A stretch of DNA of 64,000 bases from an uncultured Bordetella sp. Its GTDB lineage: Bacteria; Pseudomonadota; Gammaproteobacteria; Burkholderiales; Burkholderiaceae_C. This document shows, in pieces, positions 32,224 to 40,003 of the stretch; position 1 is the first letter of the stretch; each line of letters opens with the position of its first letter. Position numbers and translations under genes: made by a program. The notes beneath the pieces were generated by a model, which saw only the letters and a list, made by a program, of their open reading frames with translations, searched no databases and had not been told where the DNA came from. The stretch spans positions 12,638 through 76,637 of the forward strand of contig CAYTZZ010000010.1 in the NCBI GenBank assembly GCA_964442645.1, in the 5' to 3' direction.

Positions 32224-33020
32224 GCACCACCCCGCATTACTCGACCTTGGGCTCAGGGCCCACCGTTTTGATGCTGCACGGCATTGGCGGGGGCCACCTG
32301 GCGTTTGCCCCGCAACTGGAAACCCTGGCACAAGCCGGTTTTCGGGCGGTGGCTTGGGACATGCCCGGCTACGGCCACAGCGCCCCCATTGAGCCCTACA
32401 CCTTCAAAGGGCTGGCCGAGCGTTGCATCGCCCTCATCGAAAGCCTGGGATCGCCGGGAAAGGCGCCTCTGACCCTGGTGGGCCACAGCATGGGCGGCAT
32501 GGTGGCACAAGAAGTCATTGTGCGCCGACCCGACCTGGTGGGCCGCTTGGTGCTGTGTGGCACCTCCAGCTCTTTTGGCAAGCCCGATGGCGAATGGCAA
32601 CGCCAGTTCGTGCAGGAGCGCTCAGCGCCCCTGGATGCCGGCCAAACCATGGCCGATGTGGCCCGCAGCCTGGTGCCAGGCATGGCCGGCCCCGAAGCCT
32701 TGCCTGAAGGGTTGCGCTTGGCCGAGCATTGCATGTCGCTGGTCAGTCCGGGCACCTACCGCCGCGCCCTGGAGGCGCTGGTGACCTTCAACCGCCGCGA
32801 GGCCTTGCAGTTGATCGGCGTGCCAACCTTGCTGATTGCGGGTGAAAAAGACCCCAATGCACCGCCGTCGGTCATGCAAAAAATGGCTGAAAAGATTCCG
32901 GGCAGCCGCTACGCTGAAATGGCGGGCATCGGCCACTTGATGAATCTGGAGGCGCCCGACGCCTTCGATCAGTTGCTGATCGAGTTTTTGCGCGCGCCGA
33001 TGCAACACCGTCTGCACTGA
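32220..33020 (+). CDS. Alpha/beta-fold hydrolase
   Basis: LHGIGG, WDMPGYGHS, nucleophile elbow GHSMGG, IAGEKD, GHLMNLE. ATGA overlap with the upstream gene. Confidence 0.9.
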   Translation: MSTTPHYSTLGSGPTVLMLHGIGGGHLAFAPQLETLAQAGFRAVAWDMPGYGHSAPIEPYTFKGLAERCIALIESLGSPGKAPLTLVGHSMGGMVAQEVIVRRPDLVGRLVLCGTSSSFGKPDGEWQRQFVQERSAPLDAGQTMADVARSLVPGMAGPEALPEGLRLAEHCMSLVSPGTYRRALEALVTFNRREALQLIGVPTLLIAGEKDPNAPPSVMQKMAEKIPGSRYAEMAGIGHLMNLEAPDAFDQLLIEFLRAPMQHRLH

Positions 33021-33115
33021 GTTGTCCTGGTTTTCCCTCAAACCTGAGTGACAAGCAGGGTTGCCAGCGAACGATACACTGGCCCATCAGTTCTGATTTG
33101 TTTTGAGGGGACACC

Positions 33116-35428
33116 GTGAATCCACAGAATTTGCGTTTTGGCAGTGGTCAGGCCGTGCGCCGACTGGAAGATGAACAATTGCTCAAGGGCGCTGGCGTCT
33201 ACACGGATGACGTGAGCCTGCCCGGACAAACACGCCTGTGTTTCGTGCGCTCCCCCTACCCCCATGCACGCATTGTGTCGATCGACACCTCGGCCGCCAA
33301 GGCCATGCCGGGCGTGCATTTGGTGGTGACGGGCGCCGAGCTGAAGGCCCAAGGGGTCAAGCCCATGGCGCGCCCCGTCAACTTCAAACGTGCCGATGGC
33401 AGCCCGCCGGCCTCACCCGACCGCCACATCCTGGCGGCAGAGCGTGTGCGCTTTGTGGGCGAAGCGCTGGTGGCCGTGGTGGCCGACACCGAACAGCAAG
33501 CGCGCGATGCGGCCGAAGCGGTGCAGGTCGAGTTTGAAGAGTTGCCTTGCGCTGTCACCTTGGACGATGCCCTGGCCGCCGATGCCCCGCTGATTTCCGA
33601 CAGCCCTGACAACCGCGTGGCCGAAACCCGTTATGGCGATGCGAATGCGGCCACAGCCGCGTTTGCCCAAGCCGCCCATGTGGTCAAGCTGGACATCACC
33701 AACCAGCGCCTGGTGGCCCTGACGCTGGAGCCGCGCAGCGTGCTGGCCTACATTGACGAAGGCCGCGTCACGGTGCGCATGAGCACCCAGATGCCCTCGG
33801 GCATTCGCACCCAGGTCTCCGACTTGCTGGGCATTCCTGCCGACAAAGTGCGCGTCATTGTGGGCGATGTGGGCGGCGGCTTCGGCATGAAAACCGGTGC
33901 CAACGCAGAAGACATCGTGGTGGCCTACTGCGCCAACCAACTGCAACGCCCTGTCAAATGGATTGCCGAGCGCAGCGAAGACTTTCTGACCAGCGCCCAC
34001 GGCCGCGACATCGTCAGCAAGGGTGAATTGGCGCTGGACGCCAACGGCAAAATTCTGGCGCTGCGCATTCACAACCAGGCCAACGTGGGCGCCTACCCCG
34101 GCATGACGGGCGTGGCCATTCAGGTGATGATTGGCCCCTGGGTACAAACCAGCGTGTACGACATCCAACTGATCGACTTCCACTTCACGGCGGTCATGAC
34201 CAACACCGCGCCCACCGGCGCTTACCGGGGTGCGGGCCGGCCTGAAGCCATTTACAACATTGAGCGCTTGATGGACGAGGCAGCACGCCAAACCGGCATT
34301 GACCGCCTGGAACTGCGCCGTCGCAACTTCATTCAGCCAGCCCAAATGCCTTACAAAAACGCCATGGGCCAAACCTATGACACGGGCGCCTTTGAATCGG
34401 TGATGAACCAGGGCGTGAAGCAAGCGGATTGGCAAGGCTTTGAAAAGCGTGCGGCGGAATCGGCCGCGCGCGGCCGCTGGCGCGGCTTGGGCATTGCCAC
34501 CTTCCTGGAATGGACAGGTGGCAACGCCCTGGAAGAAAACGTCAACGTGCGCGTCATGGCCGATGGCGTCATCGAAGTCTTCAGTGCCGTCAACGCCATG
34601 GGCCAAGGCATTGCCACCACGCTGGCACAGCTGGTGGTGGACGTGTTCGACGTGCCGCTGGACAAAGTGCGCGTGGTGCTGGGCGACACCGATCGCGGCA
34701 ATGGCTTTGGCAGTGCCGGCTCGCGCTCGCTCTTCACCGGCGGCTCGGCCGTCAGCGTGGGCTCGGCCAAGACGCTGGAAAAAGCGCGGGAACTGGCCGC
34801 AGAAGCCCTGGAAGCTTCGGCCGCAGACCTGCAATACGAGATCGGCACTTTCAAGGTGGCCGGCACCGACCTGAAAATTTCCTTGGGCGAGATTGCCCAG
34901 CGCCAGCCGCAGCAGCGCATCGAGCTGAACTCGACCACCGCCGCCAGTGGCCCGACCTGGCCCAATGGCTGCCATGTCTGCGAAGTCGAAGTGGACCCCC
35001 ACACGGGCGAAACCCAGGTGGTGGCCTACTCATCGGTCAACGATGTGGGCCGCGTGGTCAACCCCATGATTGTGCGCGGCCAGCTCGATGGCGGCGCGGT
35101 GCAAGGCATTGGCCAGGCGCTGTGCGAGCATGTGGTTTACGACCGAGAGACCGGCCAGCCTGTCACCGGCAGCCTGATGGACTATGCCGTGCCGCATGCC
35201 GACATCATGCCCTGCATGTTCGTCACCCACATGGACGAAAACACCCCCTGCAAGAACAACGTGCTGGGGGTGAAGGGTGTGGGCGAACTCGGCACCATTG
35301 GGGCCACACCCGCCGTGGTCAATGCGGTCGCCGATGCCCTGGCCCGCAACGGCCACGCGAAACAGGCACCGCATCTGCAAATGCCACTGACCCCGCCTCG
35401 GGTGTGGTCGCTGCTGAACGGCGCCTGA
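33116..35428 (+). CDS. Xanthine dehydrogenase family molybdopterin-binding large subunit (CoxL form II-like)
   Basis: VGGGFGMK, AYRGAGRPE, GQGIATT, GSAGSRS, GQLDGGAVQGIGQAL, KGVGELG. Confidence 0.9.
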   Translation: MNPQNLRFGSGQAVRRLEDEQLLKGAGVYTDDVSLPGQTRLCFVRSPYPHARIVSIDTSAAKAMPGVHLVVTGAELKAQGVKPMARPVNFKRADGSPPASPDRHILAAERVRFVGEALVAVVADTEQQARDAAEAVQVEFEELPCAVTLDDALAADAPLISDSPDNRVAETRYGDANAATAAFAQAAHVVKLDITNQRLVALTLEPRSVLAYIDEGRVTVRMSTQMPSGIRTQVSDLLGIPADKVRVIVGDVGGGFGMKTGANAEDIVVAYCANQLQRPVKWIAERSEDFLTSAHGRDIVSKGELALDANGKILALRIHNQANVGAYPGMTGVAIQVMIGPWVQTSVYDIQLIDFHFTAVMTNTAPTGAYRGAGRPEAIYNIERLMDEAARQTGIDRLELRRRNFIQPAQMPYKNAMGQTYDTGAFESVMNQGVKQADWQGFEKRAAESAARGRWRGLGIATFLEWTGGNALEENVNVRVMADGVIEVFSAVNAMGQGIATTLAQLVVDVFDVPLDKVRVVLGDTDRGNGFGSAGSRSLFTGGSAVSVGSAKTLEKARELAAEALEASAADLQYEIGTFKVAGTDLKISLGEIAQRQPQQRIELNSTTAASGPTWPNGCHVCEVEVDPHTGETQVVAYSSVNDVGRVVNPMIVRGQLDGGAVQGIGQALCEHVVYDRETGQPVTGSLMDYAVPHADIMPCMFVTHMDENTPCKNNVLGVKGVGELGTIGATPAVVNAVADALARNGHAKQAPHLQMPLTPPRVWSLLNGA

Positions 35429-35449
35429 ACGGGTCCGGCAAGCGCCTGA

Positions 35450-38362
35450 TCAGCTCAGGTGCTTGCCGATGATGCCGGCCAGCTCAAACATCGTCACCTG
35501 GTCCTTGCCAAACACGTCCTTGAGCTTGGCGTCGGCATTGATGGCGCGCTTGTTGGCGGCGTCTTGCAGGCCCTGGGCCTTGATGTAGTCCCACAGTTTC
35601 TTGATCACCTCGGTGCGGGCCACGGCGTCAGCGCCAATGACCGCTGCCAACGCGGGGCTGGGCGTCAGGCCGGCTGAAGGCGCGCGCGGCTTTTTCTCCC
35701 GCACGGGCTTGGCTGTTTTCGCGCTGGCTTTGGTCGCTTTCTTGGCGGCTGTTTTGCCGGCGGCGGGCGCCTTGGCGGCTGCGCCTGCTGCGGTTTTGCG
35801 CGGCGGGTACTTGCTGGTGCGCGGCTCAAACTGAAACGACACTTTGCCGGCCTCGGGATCCCACGCCAAAAAGGCCTTGAAGGCGCGGCGGGTGCGCATG
35901 CTGACAAACTTGTCTAGCAAATCGGTTTTGCCGGTTTCCAGCAGCTTGCGCATCTGCTCGGGCGCCACCGGCTGCTGCAGGATGATCTTGCCGCTCTTGA
36001 AATCGCAACTAGCGGTGGCTTGCGCCAGCGTTGGCACCGCTTTTTCACAGACATAGTTGCTGCCATGCTCACGCACGCTGGCGCCGCATTTGGGGCACTT
36101 GCCCAGCGCTTCGCTGGCGCTGAAGTCGATCAACTCGCCGGTTTCCTCGGCATTCTTGTCATCGCCAAAGTCGAATTCGAGCTTCCAGTTCTGCTCTTCC
36201 TCATTGAACTTCAGCGCAATTTCGGCGGTGAACGGCCAGCCCGCCTTGGAGCGGAAGCCTTCCAACGGGCCAATTTTCTTGTGGGCCAGAAACTCTTCCA
36301 CTTCGGCCTGCTCGAACGCACGGCCGGCCGGGGTTTTGCCGAACGAGAAGCCGCAGCCCTCGCCCTGGCCATCCGCGCCTGCACAGGCGTAGCGGCGGTA
36401 GTTTTCTTTCACCTGGCCGCCGCACTTGGGACAAGGCGTGTGCAGCGTGACGTAGTCACCTGGCACGGTGTCGCGGTCATACTCTTTCGCCTTTTTGACG
36501 ATGCGCTCGGTCATGGCGGCGATTTCGCGCATGAAGGCCTCGCGGCTGAGCTTGCCCTGCTCCATCAGCGCCAGCTTGTGTTCCCACTCGCCGGTCAGGG
36601 CAGGTTTGGACAGTTCCTCCACGCCCAGGCCGCGCAGCAAGGTCATGAGCTGAAAGGCCTTGGCCGTGGGAATCATCTCGCGGCCGTCGCGCAGCATGTA
36701 TTTCTCGTTCAACAGGCCTTCAATGATGGCCGCTCGCGTGGCGGGGGTGCCCAAGCCTTTTTCCTGCATGGCTTCGCGCAGCTCATCGTCTTCCACCAGC
36801 TTGCCGGCGCCTTCCATGGCGCCCAGCAAGGTGGCTTCGGTGTAACGCGCGGGCGGGCGGGTTTTCAAGGCCTTGGGGGTGACCGACTCGGTCAAGGCCA
36901 ACTCGCCCGGCTGAACGGCGACCAGCACCTTGCCGGATTCATCGTCGTCTTGTGCCTCTTTGCCGTAAATGGCCAGCCAGCCCGGCTTGACCAAGACCTT
37001 GCCATCGGTGCGGAAATGGTGCTTTGCGCCTTGGTGGGCAACCTGGCTGATGCGGGTGGTCACCTGGTATTCCGCCGAGGGGAAGAACACGGCCATGAAG
37101 CGGCGCACCACCAGGTCATACAGCTTTTGCTCGGCCTCGGACAAACCGCTGGGCGCCTGCAGTGTTGGGATGATGGCAAAGTGATCGCTGACTTTGGCGT
37201 TGTCGAACACCCGCTTGGAGGGCCGGATGTAGTCGTTGTTCAAGGCGGTCAACGCGAACGGCGCGAGGTGGCGCAAGCCACTGTCGGCCAACATCTCGAA
37301 GGTTTGCCGCACGGTCGGCAAGTAGTCTTCCGGCAGGTGGCGCGAGTCGGTACGCGGGTAGGTCAGGGCTTTGTGCCGCTCGTACAGGCTCTGCGCCAAG
37401 GCCAGCGTGGTCTTGGCCGAAAAGCCAAAACGCCCGTTGGCCTCACGCTGCAAAGAGGTCAGGTCAAACAGGCCGGGGGCGGCCTGGGTGGTGGGTTTGC
37501 TTTCTTCGGTGACCGTGGCAGGCTGACCGCGCGCGGCGTCGGCGATCGCCTGCGCTTCGGCTTGCGACCACACGCGGTCGGCTTTCTTTTCAGCGTCGTT
37601 CTCGTCTTTTTGGTGGCTCGGGTTGATCCACTTGCCCGCGTATTCACCGGCTGCAACCTGGAAATTGGCGTGAATTTCCCAGTAGTCGCGGCTGATGAAT
37701 TTGCGAATTTGCTCCTCGCGCTCGACCACCACACTCAGCGTGGGGGTCTGCACCCGACCCACGGTGGTCAGGAAAAAGCCGCCGTCACGGGAGTTGAAGG
37801 CGGTGAAAGCGCGGGTGCCGTTGATGCCCACCAGCCAATCGGCCTCGGAGCGGCTGCGGGCGGCGTCGGCCAGGCCCTGCATCTGCTTTTCGGTGCGCAA
37901 GGCGTCAAAGCCATCGCGGATGGCCTGCGGGGTCATGGACTGCAGCCACAGGCGTTTGACCGGCTTGTCGATGGGTTTCTTGCCGCCCGCGTATTGTTCG
38001 ATCAGTCGAAAGATCAGCTCCCCCTCGCGGCCCGCGTCACAGGCATTGATCAGCGCCGTGACGTCCTTGCGCTTGACCTGCTTGACCACCGCATTCAAGC
38101 GGGACTTGGTTTTGTCCACCGGCTTGAGGTCAAAAAAGGGCGGGATCACCGGCAAATGGGCAAAGCTCCACTTGCCACGTTTCACGTCGTAAGCCTCGGG
38201 CGCCTGAATTTCCACCAAGTGACCCACCGCGCTGGTCACGACATAGCTGTCATTTTCGAAATGGTCTTCATGCTTTTCAAATTTGCCGGCCACAGGTGTG
38301 AGCGCCCGGACGATGTCCTGCGCAACCGATGGCTTCTCAGCGATGACCAGTGTCTTGCTCAT
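35450..38362 (-). CDS. topB: Type IA DNA topoisomerase III with C-terminal zinc-ribbon-like repeats, Lys/Ala-rich linker and SWIB domain
   Basis: IAEKPSVA, NACDAGREGELIF, VGRVQTPTL, active-site TYPRTDS, GLGTPATRA. C-terminal LTPSPALAAVIG...RTEVIKKLWDYIKAQGLQD...FELAGIIGKHL is a SWIB/MDM2 fold. Confidence 0.93.
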   Translation of the reverse strand: MSKTLVIAEKPSVAQDIVRALTPVAGKFEKHEDHFENDSYVVTSAVGHLVEIQAPEAYDVKRGKWSFAHLPVIPPFFDLKPVDKTKSRLNAVVKQVKRKDVTALINACDAGREGELIFRLIEQYAGGKKPIDKPVKRLWLQSMTPQAIRDGFDALRTEKQMQGLADAARSRSEADWLVGINGTRAFTAFNSRDGGFFLTTVGRVQTPTLSVVVEREEQIRKFISRDYWEIHANFQVAAGEYAGKWINPSHQKDENDAEKKADRVWSQAEAQAIADAARGQPATVTEESKPTTQAAPGLFDLTSLQREANGRFGFSAKTTLALAQSLYERHKALTYPRTDSRHLPEDYLPTVRQTFEMLADSGLRHLAPFALTALNNDYIRPSKRVFDNAKVSDHFAIIPTLQAPSGLSEAEQKLYDLVVRRFMAVFFPSAEYQVTTRISQVAHQGAKHHFRTDGKVLVKPGWLAIYGKEAQDDDESGKVLVAVQPGELALTESVTPKALKTRPPARYTEATLLGAMEGAGKLVEDDELREAMQEKGLGTPATRAAIIEGLLNEKYMLRDGREMIPTAKAFQLMTLLRGLGVEELSKPALTGEWEHKLALMEQGKLSREAFMREIAAMTERIVKKAKEYDRDTVPGDYVTLHTPCPKCGGQVKENYRRYACAGADGQGEGCGFSFGKTPAGRAFEQAEVEEFLAHKKIGPLEGFRSKAGWPFTAEIALKFNEEEQNWKLEFDFGDDKNAEETGELIDFSASEALGKCPKCGASVREHGSNYVCEKAVPTLAQATASCDFKSGKIILQQPVAPEQMRKLLETGKTDLLDKFVSMRTRRAFKAFLAWDPEAGKVSFQFEPRTSKYPPRKTAAGAAAKAPAAGKTAAKKATKASAKTAKPVREKKPRAPSAGLTPSPALAAVIGADAVARTEVIKKLWDYIKAQGLQDAANKRAINADAKLKDVFGKDQVTMFELAGIIGKHLS

Positions 38363-38413
38363 GCGTATGCATTCCTTGTTTCTTGCCAAATGTACCAACT
38401 GTCGCAAGCCCTT

Positions 38414-38443
38414 TTGAAATCAGCCCCGACCTGCTTCTACAAT
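38414..38443 (+). promoter_or_regulatory. Candidate sigma70 promoter for SET-birA
   Basis: TTGAAA-18 nt-TACAAT, 58 nt upstream of the SET start. Confidence 0.5.
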
Positions 38444-38451
38444 CTGCTTCT

Positions 38452-38480
38452 CGCGCGCGCACGCGCACGTGTGTACGTAT
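38452..38480. repeat. 29-bp perfect alternating pyrimidine-purine tract (Z-DNA-prone)
   Basis: CGCGCGCGCACGCGCACGTGTGTACGTAT in the topB/SET intergenic region. Confidence 0.85.
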
Positions 38481-38501
38481 TCAACTTAACAGAGTTTTCA
38501 C

Positions 38502-38975
38502 GTGGCTTCAAAATCCCCTGCTTCCCATCGCCGAATTCAGACCCGCCGCTCCGGCGTCCATGGCAAGGGGGTGTTTGCCGTGGCGCCCATTGCCGAGGGC
38601 GAGACCATCATCGAATACGTGGGCGAAATCATCACGTGGAAAGAAGCGCAACGGCGCCATCCGCATGACCCGAAAGACCCCAACCACACGTTTTACTTCC
38701 ACATCGATGAAGACCGTGTGATTGACGCACTGCACGGGGGCAACTCCTCGCGCTGGATCAACCACTCATGCAATCCGAACTGTGAGGCCGACGAACAGGC
38801 AGGCCGCGTCTTTATCAAGGCGCTGCGCAACATTGCCGCGGGGGAGGAACTGAGCTACGACTACGGGCTGATCATTGACGAGCGCTACACCCCCAAACTC
38901 AAAGCCGAATACCCCTGCTGGTGTGGCGCCCCAAAATGCAGAGGCACCTTGCTGGCCCCCAAACGCGGCCGCTGA
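38502..38975 (+). CDS. SET-domain protein lysine methyltransferase
   Basis: GVHGKGVFA, RWINHSCNPN, ELSYDY and post-SET CWCGAPKCRG. GTG start. Confidence 0.92.
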   Translation: MASKSPASHRRIQTRRSGVHGKGVFAVAPIAEGETIIEYVGEIITWKEAQRRHPHDPKDPNHTFYFHIDEDRVIDALHGGNSSRWINHSCNPNCEADEQAGRVFIKALRNIAAGEELSYDYGLIIDERYTPKLKAEYPCWCGAPKCRGTLLAPKRGR

Positions 38976-38981
38976 TTGCCC

Positions 38982-39797
38982 ATGCACTGGCCTGCAGAAG
39001 ACCTCTGGCTGGCGATTGCGCCCCAGGTGCCAGGCTTCTCGGTCGAGGTGCTGCCCACGATTGACTCGACCAACACCGAATTGATGCGGCGGGCCCGGGC
39101 GGGCCAGACCGACCCCGTCCTGCTGGTGGCCGAGCAGCAAACCGCAGGTCGCGGGCGCCTGGGTCGCCCATGGCAAAGCCAGGCCGGTGACTCGCTCACT
39201 TTTTCTCTGGGCATGCACCTGGCGCCGGCCGACTGGTCGGGCTTGTCCTTGGCCATTGGCTGGGCAATCACCCATGCCCTGGACCCCGAGCAGCAACTGG
39301 GCCTGGGCTTGAAATGGCCCAATGACCTGTGGGTGATGGGCGCTTCATCTGCGGGACCGCGCAAGCTGGCAGGTATCTTGGTGGAAACAGCCACAACCGC
39401 GCTGGGGCCTACAAGCCCCACCCCAGCGCGATATTGCGTCATGGGGGTGGGCATCAACCTGAAGGCGCCCGCCGCCACCGACAACCCGGTTCCGCCCATT
39501 GGCCTGCTGGAACTGGACGCCCGATGGACGCCCGCCAGCGCGCTCCAGCGTTTGGCACAGCCCCTGGTGGAGACCGTGCTGGCGTTTGAACGCCAGGGCT
39601 TTGCACCGTTTCAAGCGTCGTTCCATGCGCGCGATGTGTTGCGGGGCCAGGCGGTCACGCTCTCCGATGGCCAGCAAGGTGTGGCCCAAGGCGTGAATGC
39701 CAAAGGTGAATTGTTGTTGGCGCAGGGTGAACGCTTGGTCAAAGTGAACAGCTCCGAAGTCAGTGTGCGCCCCAGCGCTCGGAGGGCCGAGGGATGA
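38982..39797 (+). CDS. birA: Biotin--[acetyl-CoA-carboxylase] ligase (no N-terminal HTH)
   Basis: IDSTN, AEQQTAGRGRLGR, KWPNDL, KLAGILVE, GVGINL. Confidence 0.92.
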   Translation: MHWPAEDLWLAIAPQVPGFSVEVLPTIDSTNTELMRRARAGQTDPVLLVAEQQTAGRGRLGRPWQSQAGDSLTFSLGMHLAPADWSGLSLAIGWAITHALDPEQQLGLGLKWPNDLWVMGASSAGPRKLAGILVETATTALGPTSPTPARYCVMGVGINLKAPAATDNPVPPIGLLELDARWTPASALQRLAQPLVETVLAFERQGFAPFQASFHARDVLRGQAVTLSDGQQGVAQGVNAKGELLLAQGERLVKVNSSEVSVRPSARRAEG

Positions 39798-39994
39798 AGC
39801 GCCTCGGACTTTGGCTGATCCTTTTCTTGCTGCTGGCGAACGGCTTGTCCTGGCTGTGGCTGTCGGGTGCAGGCCTGCCCTGGGGTTGGGGACCGCCCTC
39901 GGCGCGCGAACCCGAACGCATGGAACAGATGGTTCGCCCAGAAGCCTTGGCGCCCCACAAGGAAAACGCCTTCCCCGACAAAGCCCCGCACTGA
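39794..39994 (+). CDS. Small membrane protein resembling the N-terminus of the SPOR-domain protein usually found after birA/coaX (possibly truncated)
   Basis: ATGA overlap with birA. LILFLLLANGL TM, then REPERMEQMVRPEAL; stops at 66 aa. Confidence 0.5.
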   Translation: MKRLGLWLILFLLLANGLSWLWLSGAGLPWGWGPPSAREPERMEQMVRPEALAPHKENAFPDKAPH

Positions 39995-40003
39995 AAAGCA
40001 CCC

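Noticed and set aside
33116-35428. Aerobic carbon monoxide dehydrogenase call
   Set aside because: The active-site loop is AYRGAGR (form II), not AYxCSFR, and coxM/coxS are absent.
36020-38668. 882-aa plus-strand ORF opposite topB
   Set aside because: Antisense shadow of topB, with no RBS or domain signature.
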